DNA of 32,000 nt from positions 840,001-872,000 of the forward strand of contig NC_013771.1 in the NCBI RefSeq assembly GCF_000025125.1. Reading direction: 5' to 3'. A model generated the notes under the pieces. The model made no database searches. It was not told where the DNA came from and worked only from the letters and a program-made list of their open reading frames with translations. The stretch is from Candidatus Atelocyanobacterium thalassa isolate ALOHA (lineage in GTDB: Bacteria > Cyanobacteriota > Cyanobacteriia > Cyanobacteriales > Microcystaceae). Each line of letters starts with the position of its first letter. Within the stretch, counting starts at the first letter, position 1. Of the stretch, positions 22,570 to 30,110 are shown in pieces. Made by a program: the position numbers and the translations under genes.

Positions 22570-24084
22570 TTAACTTTTCTTGTCAATATTTACTCTGGTT
22601 GAAGAATCATCAACTATACTCTTATTGTTGTGAGATGAGTTCTCAATAATAAAACCATTATGATTAATTGTATATTCTCTTATACTCTTGTCATGCCAAG
22701 AGCCTCTCATTTTAAAAACATTAATAATTTTGGACATTTTCTCATTGTTTTCTATATATTTAAGCATTAATATTGTGTCTGTAATAGTAGAAACATGAGA
22801 TTCCGTTATTGAATGACTTTCTATGAATTGATCGGTTGTATTCGTAAAAAATACTGTGATTTCTTCTTGCTTTACATATCCTGTTATTCCAATTATAAAT
22901 TGGCGAAAAGCATTTTTTGTAACGCCTCGAGCTAAAGCGGATAGAGAATCAATAGCAATACGAGAAGGCTTAAATTTAGAAATTTCTGACTTTATAATTT
23001 GTAAATGATCTTCTAGACTAGCAGATTCTGGATAAGTGCATAACAATTTAAGAAGTCCTTTTTGCTCCATTTTTCCAAAATCAATACCCCACGACATTGC
23101 ATTGCGAGACAATTGAGCTTTAGATTCCTCATAAGCAAATAAAATTGTTCTTTCTTCTTGATGACATCCTTCTTCCAAAAACTTACTTAACAATAAAGTT
23201 TTTCCAGTTCCTGTTATACCTGTTACTAAAATAATAGAATCTTTTAAAAACCCTCCTCCACACATTTCATCCAGAGTTTGCACTCCAGAGGAAATACGTA
23301 CATTAGATGATCTTTGAGTTAATCTCATAGCTCCCAAGGGAAATATATTAATTCCATCATTAATAATAGTGAAAGGGTATTCTCCATTCATATGAGTAGT
23401 ACCACGTAATTTAAGAATTTCGATTGTACGACGACGACGTTCTTCTTCCAAAACATTACGTACAACAATTACATTGTCTGAAACGAATTCTTCGATACCA
23501 AATCTAGCAATCTGCCCATACTCTTCTACTCTTTCTGTAGTTAAGATAGAAGTTATTTCTAGTTGTTTTAATCTAGCTACAAGACGAAAAATTTCTCTCC
23601 TTATTACGGCAACTGCATTATATTGTTGAAAAACTGCAGTTACAGAGTCAATAGAAACGAGTTTAGCTTTATATTTATGGATAGCATATTGTATTCGTTC
23701 AATTAACGCTGATAAATCAAAATTTTCAAATATTTCTTGTCCTTCAGGATTTGGAGATGCATCAAGAATAAATAAATAACCATCGTCAACTAGCTTTTGT
23801 AAATCCCAGCCAAAACTATATGCGTTTTCAATAATGTCATCTGGAGACTCCTCAAAGGTAACGAAAAGACCAGGATAATCAAAATACTTAATTCCGTTAT
23901 ATAAAAACTGTATAGCAAGAAGTGTTTTACCAGTTCCTGAAGTTCCACTAACAAGGGTTGTCCTTCCTAACGGTAACCCTCCATGTGTTATTTCATCTAA
24001 ACCATCTATCATAGTACGAATTTTACGAACACCTTTAAGAGCTAACTTTAATGATGTATCTTTTCTTGAAAAAGGCTGATTCAT
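22570..24084 (-). CDS. kaiC: Circadian clock protein KaiC (double RecA-like ATPase/autokinase)
   Basis: 504-aa ORF, colinear with S. elongatus KaiC as I recall it. CI Walker A GTSGTGKT and FEES are present, as are CII Walker A GITGTGKT and YEES. The phospho-site segment SITESHVSTITDT (T426/S431/T432 equivalents) is conserved. The C-terminal tail is shortened. Confidence 0.95.
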   Translation of the reverse strand: MNQPFSRKDTSLKLALKGVRKIRTMIDGLDEITHGGLPLGRTTLVSGTSGTGKTLLAIQFLYNGIKYFDYPGLFVTFEESPDDIIENAYSFGWDLQKLVDDGYLFILDASPNPEGQEIFENFDLSALIERIQYAIHKYKAKLVSIDSVTAVFQQYNAVAVIRREIFRLVARLKQLEITSILTTERVEEYGQIARFGIEEFVSDNVIVVRNVLEEERRRRTIEILKLRGTTHMNGEYPFTIINDGINIFPLGAMRLTQRSSNVRISSGVQTLDEMCGGGFLKDSIILVTGITGTGKTLLLSKFLEEGCHQEERTILFAYEESKAQLSRNAMSWGIDFGKMEQKGLLKLLCTYPESASLEDHLQIIKSEISKFKPSRIAIDSLSALARGVTKNAFRQFIIGITGYVKQEEITVFFTNTTDQFIESHSITESHVSTITDTILMLKYIENNEKMSKIINVFKMRGSWHDKSIREYTINHNGFIIENSSHNNKSIVDDSSTRVNIDKKS

Positions 24085-24183
24085 AACTTTTTAATTAGTT
24101 ATCTCAATATTGAAAATCTTAACGGAACAAGTTGAAAATTTATTTCTAATTCAGAATTAAAGCAATATATTTTTTCTAGATGA

Positions 24184-24447
24184 TTAAGAATCATTAATAA
24201 TAAAGCGATAATCTAAAATTGTTTTTTCACTCTGTTCATCTAATTTCATTTGTTTTGATATCTTATCAATTAATTCCATATAAAATTTTAAAATCTAAAA
24301 ACTTACTGTCTAGAATAATTTCTTTGTAACTATTTTTTAATCATTCTAATGACTTTTCTTTTTTTCAAAGATACTATGTATAAAACTCTTGGTAATTTTA
24401 TACATAGTATTTTCTTGAACATCTAATTTTTCTCTAATTTGCGTCAT
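24184..24447 (-). pseudogene. kaiA: Relic of kaiA (C-terminal KaiC-binding domain), with in-frame stops, a frameshift and internal deletion
   Basis: My minus-strand translation of 24282-24187 is YMELIDKISKQMKLDEQSEKTILDYRFIINDS*. It aligns without gaps to recalled KaiA HMELMDEF(A/S)K(K/Q)L(R/K)(V/L)EGRSEDILLDYRLTLIDV, with 12 of 32 identities against the S. elongatus sequence. In another frame, 24331-24311 encodes SYKEIIL, compared with KaiA SYREIVL. The connecting frame contains 4 stops (TAG, TAA, TAG, TAG), and about 23 codons are missing between the two blocks. The position immediately upstream of kaiC on the same strand fits kaiABC synteny. Confidence 0.55.
24371..24410. repeat. Perfect 15-bp inverted repeat with 10-nt spacer
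   Basis: ATACTATGTATAAAA-CTCTTGGTAA-TTTTATACATAGTAT, read directly from the sequence. It can extend about 3 more pairs, one of them a G-U. It lies inside the kaiA relic, about 290-325 bp upstream of the kaiC start. Confidence 0.9.
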
Positions 24448-24930
24448 CTTGGAACAAATGACCTCAGCAGTTTTTAACCTTGAATATCAAGAAAGTCATA
24501 TCATGACTAATAATTACTTTAATATTTACTAATCTAATAATAAACTTAGTAATCATGATAGAAACAATCTAGAAATTGAATATCATCTCTAATAAAAATT
24601 TCTTTTACATTAGAATTCATTCAACAAAAGTATGAATAGTATGGCAATATTTTATTTAAATTATATGAGTAGTTAATACAATTCTCATTTTAATTAATAT
24701 TCTTATGAATATTAGGCTAATCAAAAATTAAAGCAAATTAACTTTAGTTTCATGTTTTCTAATAATTAATGTGTCTTAAAATATAAAGTTGTCATAATTA
24801 GATTTATTTTTTTATATCTATTGTTTTCTGTAATAGCTTAAAATAAATAAAAATTTTCTATATATTGGACTTATATCAATTCTTTTTGATATGGTTAATT
24901 TTTCTTATCAACAAAAGGTGTCATTTAATA

Positions 24931-25407
24931 ATGGTAAAGTTAGCAACAAAAATTGAAGCAGTTTTATACCTTAAAGGTCAATCCTTGAGCCTAGTCGATA
25001 TTGCTAAGTATGTAAATCATGAGATAGAAGTTGTACAAGATGCAATAATTGAATTAATGTCAGATTATGCGTATCGTGACAGTGCATTGGAAGTCATAGA
25101 AACAGAAAATGGATATAGTTTGCAACTTCGTCCAGTTTTCAATGATCTTACCGATAATATAATTCCTGCTGAATTAGGAAAAGCAGTTTTGAGAACTTTA
25201 GCAGCAATTGCTCTTAAAAACCCTATTATCCAAACTGAATTAATTGAGCTAAGAGGAAGTAGTGCTTATCAACATGTACAAGAATTAGTAGAGTTAGGTT
25301 TTGTTCGAAAATATCGTCAAAAAACCGGACGTTCATATCTTTTAGAAATTACTTCTCAATTCCATCAGTATTTTGAAATTGATCAGCTTCCAAAATCAAT
25401 GAACTAA
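24931..25407 (+). CDS. scpB: Segregation and condensation protein B (ScpB)
   Basis: The track ORF starts at a TTG (24865) with a junk-like hydrophobic extension. The ATG at 24931 gives MVKLATKIEAVLYLKGQSLSLVDIAKYV..., the typical ScpB N-terminus. The second winged-helix segment (LRTLAAIALKNPIIQTELIELRG) is present. Confidence 0.85.
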   Translation: MVKLATKIEAVLYLKGQSLSLVDIAKYVNHEIEVVQDAIIELMSDYAYRDSALEVIETENGYSLQLRPVFNDLTDNIIPAELGKAVLRTLAAIALKNPIIQTELIELRGSSAYQHVQELVELGFVRKYRQKTGRSYLLEITSQFHQYFEIDQLPKSMN

Positions 25408-25504
25408 ATCTTTAGCTATTTTTTCCAGTAAGGTTTATATTGTAATAACACATAAAAACAACAAAAATATAAGTAAATTAAACTCAAATTTGGAGTTATA
25501 GTGA

Positions 25505-25867
25505 ATGGTATTTAATTTTGATTTCCTCTCAGAAGAACAAGAGCCGAATCCCCTCATACAATACCTGAAACAACAGCAGCCTGAAACATTATCACGTATA
25601 GCGCAATCTGCTAGCCCAGAAATTCAGCAAATTATCACCAAAAATGTACAAGGATTACTGGGAATGCTTTCTTCTGGAGACTTTAATATACAAATAGCTA
25701 CTGATCGAGAAAATTTAGCTAGTCTTCTTGCTTCTGCGATGATGACAGGATATTTCCTTAGTCAAATGGAACAACGGAAAAATCTAGAAGTTAATTTTTC
25801 TACTGCTGAATTCTTGAACTCGAATTCATCCTCTAATCAAGCAGAAACAAAAAAAGAAGAGGGGTAA
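25505..25867 (+). CDS. DUF760-family protein (conserved cyanobacterial/plastid-lineage hypothetical)
   Basis: 120-aa ORF. The pattern NPLIQYLKQQQPETL...SPEIQQIITKNVQGLLGML...RENLASLLASAMMTGYFLSQMEQR matches what I recall of DUF760. A GGAG lies 9 nt upstream. Confidence 0.7.
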   Translation: MVFNFDFLSEEQEPNPLIQYLKQQQPETLSRIAQSASPEIQQIITKNVQGLLGMLSSGDFNIQIATDRENLASLLASAMMTGYFLSQMEQRKNLEVNFSTAEFLNSNSSSNQAETKKEEG

Positions 25868-25936
25868 GAGGAATCATAAAAGAACCGAGATATTAAATTC
25901 TCTTGCGATTTTTTTATGATTTCTCTTAATAAAATT

Positions 25937-26032
25937 TTATCCGCCTCTAGAAAAGCTCCCCATAACAAAAGCAGATAATAATATTCCTGGACTTAGTAAG
26001 GCAATTAATAGCAGTAATTGTTCGATAGTCAT
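25937..26032 (-). CDS. Candidate 31-aa hydrophobic peptide (unassigned)
   Basis: Below the track cutoff. My translation is MTIEQLLLLIALLSPGILLSAFVMGSFSRGG, with one predicted TM helix. The local G+C is visibly higher than in the flanking spacer. There is no clear SD, and I recognise no family. Confidence 0.3.
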   Translation of the reverse strand: MTIEQLLLLIALLSPGILLSAFVMGSFSRGG

Positions 26033-26114
26033 TTTAGTTCAGATTGTAATATCTTCCATTTGTTAAACTAACGCAATTTTTCTTAAATTTCGCTAAATTA
26101 ACTAAATTTTAATA

Positions 26115-27443
26115 TTATTCATTCATATTTTTATATGTAGCTACAGCCGAAGGAGAAATACGATTAAGATAGCGGAATATCCAATACTTAAGAACTGTAT
26201 CTAAAATAACTGGAAATGTTGCGATAAAAAGAAAATTAAATTCTTGATTTTCTGGTAATCCAAAATGATGAGAGATTCCTTCTAAGATAACTTCCCATCC
26301 ATGAGGAGAATGGAATCCAACAAACATATCTGTGAATAAAATAATTAGAAATGCCTTGGCTGGATCACTTAATCCATATAAAATCTCGTCTAGAAAAGCT
26401 TTTAGAATTTCTATCTCTTTTCTACTAAATCCAACAACTACCATAAAAGCAATTACAGAAAAAAGATCAGCAAAAACATTACCAACTGAATTTATACCCT
26501 GTGTCCGATATTGTTGTGTTATTTCTTGAGCTTTTTCTTTAACTTTTTCTTCAACTTTTTCTTCATTTAAGGGTTCTCTTAATCCTATCAAACCTTGGAA
26601 TCTAAGAATTTCCTCATAATGGCTTAATTCTTCGAAAGCTTCTTCCTCTAAATCTTTATTGATAAATACTACTTGTCCATGATCCTGAAAATATTGACGA
26701 ATTACTGGAGTTAATAAAAATGTCTTAGTGAGTTGGTGAGTTAATAAAGGAACTATTATTAGTAATAAGATAAATTTAATAGAAAGAGCAGTCCTCAGTC
26801 TAGATTTACGATGTTTATTCAGAACTTTTTCTTCGCTATCTTCTGATTTAGGATCTATTTCTTGTCTAAGTCTGTTTAGTGTATCAACAAAAGATCTTGG
26901 TAAAACACCTATATTTTTATTGCTCGATGCTAAGCGATAGTTATTCTTTTGAGATATATTTTCTGAATAGTATATATTCTCAGTTTCTTCTTTCTTTTTC
27001 GAAGCAGTTTCTTCTGAAATTATCGAGCTTTCAAGATTATCATTATCTTTTCTTAATTCATACTTAAATATAATTTTGTCAATAAATTTTAATTTTTCAA
27101 AAAAAATTGTGTTATTTATGAGACTATGTCGTCCTTTTTCACTTGATATTTTTTCATCATTAAGATCTTGTGAAATATTCATAACTTTTAAAAATAGTCG
27201 ACTAGTTTTAAAAATATTTAACTCTAAATTGATCTTTTTAAGATAACTGTCAATTTCTGTCTTAAAATATGAGACAACGCTGCTGCCATAACTAGTATTA
27301 TCTTGAGATATTATTTTTCCACCAAAATATTTATCTTCAATTTCTTTTATTTTTAAAGCCATTTTATAGGCGCGATCTAAAGATCTTTCTGGAGTTGATG
27401 TCAGCCAATCAAAAGTTTTTTTAATCGAGAACTGAATTTTCAT
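26115..27443 (-). CDS. pxcA: Proton extrusion protein PxcA (CemA/CotA homologue)
   Basis: 442-aa ORF. The C-terminal membrane domain carries the CemA signature region (FLIILFTDMFVGFHSPHGWEVILEGISHHFGLPENQEFNFLFIATFPVILDTVLKYWIFRYLNRISPSAVATYKNMNE). Confidence 0.85.
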   Translation of the reverse strand: MKIQFSIKKTFDWLTSTPERSLDRAYKMALKIKEIEDKYFGGKIISQDNTSYGSSVVSYFKTEIDSYLKKINLELNIFKTSRLFLKVMNISQDLNDEKISSEKGRHSLINNTIFFEKLKFIDKIIFKYELRKDNDNLESSIISEETASKKKEETENIYYSENISQKNNYRLASSNKNIGVLPRSFVDTLNRLRQEIDPKSEDSEEKVLNKHRKSRLRTALSIKFILLLIIVPLLTHQLTKTFLLTPVIRQYFQDHGQVVFINKDLEEEAFEELSHYEEILRFQGLIGLREPLNEEKVEEKVKEKAQEITQQYRTQGINSVGNVFADLFSVIAFMVVVGFSRKEIEILKAFLDEILYGLSDPAKAFLIILFTDMFVGFHSPHGWEVILEGISHHFGLPENQEFNFLFIATFPVILDTVLKYWIFRYLNRISPSAVATYKNMNE

Positions 27444-27529
27444 AGTAACTAGTACGCTTATTTATAATAAAAAAATAAAGAATAAAAATATTTTAGGAAT
27501 AATTGTATGTTAACTAATTTGATTGAGGA

Positions 27530-29644
27530 ATGTTTGTGAAGTTAACCTCCTTATGGATTGAAGGAACCACTCATGCTGGAAAAACGACCCAGTTGGTTAA
27601 GAATTTTTTTCATTGGGTTGAAAATAGATGCTATAAACAAAGTTTATCTCCCATACAATCGATTACTCAAAATCTTGCTTCATCAGTATTAGTTTTATCT
27701 GCAAATGATGACAACCGTCGTAAACTATTTGATAAACTTTCTTCTGTAACTAGAGGAAAATATGCTATTCATTGTAAGACACCTTTAGGATTCATGAGAG
27801 ATGAATTAAAGTTATTTTGGCCTCTTTTATTTGAAAGACTAAAGCTGAAAGAAGAATTTCCATTGTTCTTAAGAACTGAAACTGAGCAGGAATTTGCAAC
27901 CAAACTATGGAAACCGTATCTGGAAAAGTACCAAATATCGTTTACTAAAAGTAACGAGTTTCGATTTATTCGTCAAACTCTAGATTTACTACAACTAGCT
28001 AGTGCTAGTGGAGTTATGGTTGAGGATATATCTTCTATCTTAGAGTATGGTTTACAAGAAGAATACTACTTTTTAAAAGAAATTCATAACTTTATTAATA
28101 CTAAACAAACATTACCAAAACTGCAGCAAGAATTAATTACAGAATGGCAACAATGGTGCTTTAGCCGTGGCATAGTAACTTATGGACTTATTTATAATTT
28201 ATATTGGCAATACTTATTGCCTAACTCTCAATACAGAGAATGTTTAATAAATCGTTATCATGGAGTTTTCGCAGACGATATTGATGATTATCCTGCTATA
28301 ACTAAAGATTTATTTCAATTTTTTATAAATCATCAAAAATTTTGTGTCTTTACCTATAATCCATATGGTCAAGTTCGGCTAGGACTTAGTGCCGATCCCG
28401 ATTATTTAAGGCTTATAAAACCTTATTGCAACACACTGATACTGCCTACATTCCCAAAACTTTTTGGTATCAGTAGTCAAATTATTTTAGAACAAATAGA
28501 TAACCCTTTATCTTCAAAAAAACTTCCTTATTTTTTTACATCAATTGAGACCAGCTCAAGAGCTAAGCTTCTTAAAAAAACAGCAAATTTTATAATCAAT
28601 GCTATCGAGAACCACCAAGTTACCCCTAAAGAAATTGTAATCATAGCACCTGGCTTGGATGAAATTGCTCGTTACACTCTAATTGAAACTCTATCAATAG
28701 CTAATATTCCTGTTAGACTTTTGAACGAACAACGTCCCCTTATAAGTTTTCCGATCATTCGTGCATTGTTAACCCTTTTAGGACTGGTTTTTCCTGGATT
28801 AGGGAAATTTGTCGAAATACATGATATCGCACAAATGTTAACTACTTTAAGTTATGATTACGAAAATCATATAATGACAATTGATCCTGTTAGAGCAGGA
28901 ATTTTGGCCGACAATTGTTTTTATATGGATAAGCAGTATCCTAAGCTACTACCTTTGGAACAATATTCTAGATGGGATAGAATAGGAGCCCAGGCGGCTG
29001 AAGCTTATAAAAAGTTATATCTTTGGGTAAAAGAGACAAGGTATAAAATAGAAAAAGAACAACCTTCTAATCCTATAGAGATAATTGATTCAGCAATCAA
29101 AATATTTATAGAGTCTAGATATCAACTACCCCATGAACAATTGTTAGCTTTGCAAGAACTTACAGAAACTGTTCAACACTTTTGGGAAATAGATTATCGT
29201 TTACAAAAATATAATACAAACACGAAGTCTCTAACAAATAATTTAATTGATTTTATTCAATTACTTAAAAAAGGCATAGTTACAGCTAATCCTAAACCTG
29301 AGGATTATTTTAGCGAAAAAACTGACTATGTAACTTTAACTACAATTTTTCAATATCGTTCTTTAAGAAGTTCTCATAATTGGCATCTATGGTTAGATAC
29401 ATCGTCTCATCTATGGGAAACAGCTGGAGCATCAGTTTTGTTTTGTGCTCAATTATTTTTAAGGAATCAACTAAGTAACTTAGTTGAATCAGAAGAAAAT
29501 AAGAAACGTTTAAAACGTATCCTTATGGATTTATTAGGAAGAGTAAACAATGAGGTTATTTTATGCCATAGTGATCTAAATATTAAAGGCATGTATCAAT
29601 CTGGGCCATTGTCAAACCTTATTAATAATTCGAAGATAAGATAA
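27530..29644 (+). CDS. Conserved P-loop protein with degenerate UvrD/AddB-like SF1 helicase motifs
   Basis: 704-aa ORF with N-terminal Walker A GTTHAGKT. Other motifs are VLSANDDNRRKL (motif Ia-like), FADDIDDYP in place of a DExQD Walker B, and VTLTTIFQYRSL (motif V/VI-like). No nuclease motif was recognised. The assignment is by motif resemblance only. Confidence 0.55.
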   Translation: MFVKLTSLWIEGTTHAGKTTQLVKNFFHWVENRCYKQSLSPIQSITQNLASSVLVLSANDDNRRKLFDKLSSVTRGKYAIHCKTPLGFMRDELKLFWPLLFERLKLKEEFPLFLRTETEQEFATKLWKPYLEKYQISFTKSNEFRFIRQTLDLLQLASASGVMVEDISSILEYGLQEEYYFLKEIHNFINTKQTLPKLQQELITEWQQWCFSRGIVTYGLIYNLYWQYLLPNSQYRECLINRYHGVFADDIDDYPAITKDLFQFFINHQKFCVFTYNPYGQVRLGLSADPDYLRLIKPYCNTLILPTFPKLFGISSQIILEQIDNPLSSKKLPYFFTSIETSSRAKLLKKTANFIINAIENHQVTPKEIVIIAPGLDEIARYTLIETLSIANIPVRLLNEQRPLISFPIIRALLTLLGLVFPGLGKFVEIHDIAQMLTTLSYDYENHIMTIDPVRAGILADNCFYMDKQYPKLLPLEQYSRWDRIGAQAAEAYKKLYLWVKETRYKIEKEQPSNPIEIIDSAIKIFIESRYQLPHEQLLALQELTETVQHFWEIDYRLQKYNTNTKSLTNNLIDFIQLLKKGIVTANPKPEDYFSEKTDYVTLTTIFQYRSLRSSHNWHLWLDTSSHLWETAGASVLFCAQLFLRNQLSNLVESEENKKRLKRILMDLLGRVNNEVILCHSDLNIKGMYQSGPLSNLINNSKIR

Positions 29645-29696
29645 AACTTTTATAGTTATCGTTTCAATCAATATGTTTCAGCTAATAATAAAAAAA

Positions 29697-29723
29697 ACCC
29701 TAACTAAAATCTAAAGTTAGGGT
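29697..29723 (-). terminator. Intrinsic terminator of rpsU (also closes the convergent 704-aa gene)
   Basis: ACCCTAACT-N9-AGTTAGGGT forms a 9-bp stem. On the minus strand it is followed by a T8 run (the A8 at 29689-29696 on the plus strand). Confidence 0.55.
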
Positions 29724-29801
29724 CTTATTGACTATCTAAACTTGAATTAATCTTAGATAGTAGAAATTATATGGTTGTTTAAATTTGATATCTTATCAAA
29801 C

Positions 29802-29984
29802 TTAATTTCGACGAGATCTTTGTCTTTGCCGAGTAGCTTCTTTTCGCTTACGCTTTTCTTCTGGCGTTTCGAAAAATTGATGCTTTTTATAGTCTGTATA
29901 AATTCCAACTCTAGCAACCTGTCTCTTAAATCGACGTAATGCAGATTCTATAGGTTCGCTTTGACCAACAACTACTTGAGTCAT
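29802..29984 (-). CDS. rpsU: 30S ribosomal protein S21
   Basis: The track ORF begins at a GTG (29999). The ATG at 29984 gives [50 protein letters not shown]..., the canonical S21 N-terminus. An AAGGAGG lies upstream. Confidence 0.93.
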   Translation of the reverse strand: MTQVVVGQSEPIESALRRFKRQVARVGIYTDYKKHQFFETPEEKRKRKEATRQRQRSRRN

Positions 29985-30110
29985 TATGAAAATTAACACC
30001 TCCTTTTTTGTTTGGTAAATTAATTATTTTTTATTAAAGCCTATTTAAGACCATTCTCTCAAGCTTAAAAGATATCTTTGTTATAAATTTAGACAAGTAG
30101 TAATGGAAAT

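Noticed and set aside
24085-24282. First reading of the 31-aa residual ORF and the 99-bp gap as a kaiB remnant (ILKFYM versus VLKLYV, KTILDYRF versus KNILEQEF, IFNIEIT versus LIGLDLL).
   Set aside because: That alignment needed gaps and gave only scattered matches. The same residues align far better, and without gaps, to the KaiA C-terminal domain (MEL.D..SKQ.KL...SE..LDYR). I therefore call it a kaiA relic and regard kaiB as absent.
24865-24930. N-terminal extensions implied by track starts: TTG at 24865 for scpB, TTG at 12857 for the aminotransferase, GTG at 29999 for rpsU and TTG at 31901 for the ZipN-like gene.
   Set aside because: The extensions are not family-like, and downstream ATGs give canonical N-termini. 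For the ZipN-like gene the frame stays open to the window edge, so the TTG is internal and not a start.
25872-25921. 10-bp inverted repeat AATCATAAAA-N30-TTTTATGATT between the DUF760 gene and the small ORF.
   Set aside because: The stem is entirely A/T-rich with a 30-nt loop, so it is thermodynamically weak. It is not distinguishable from chance in this sequence.
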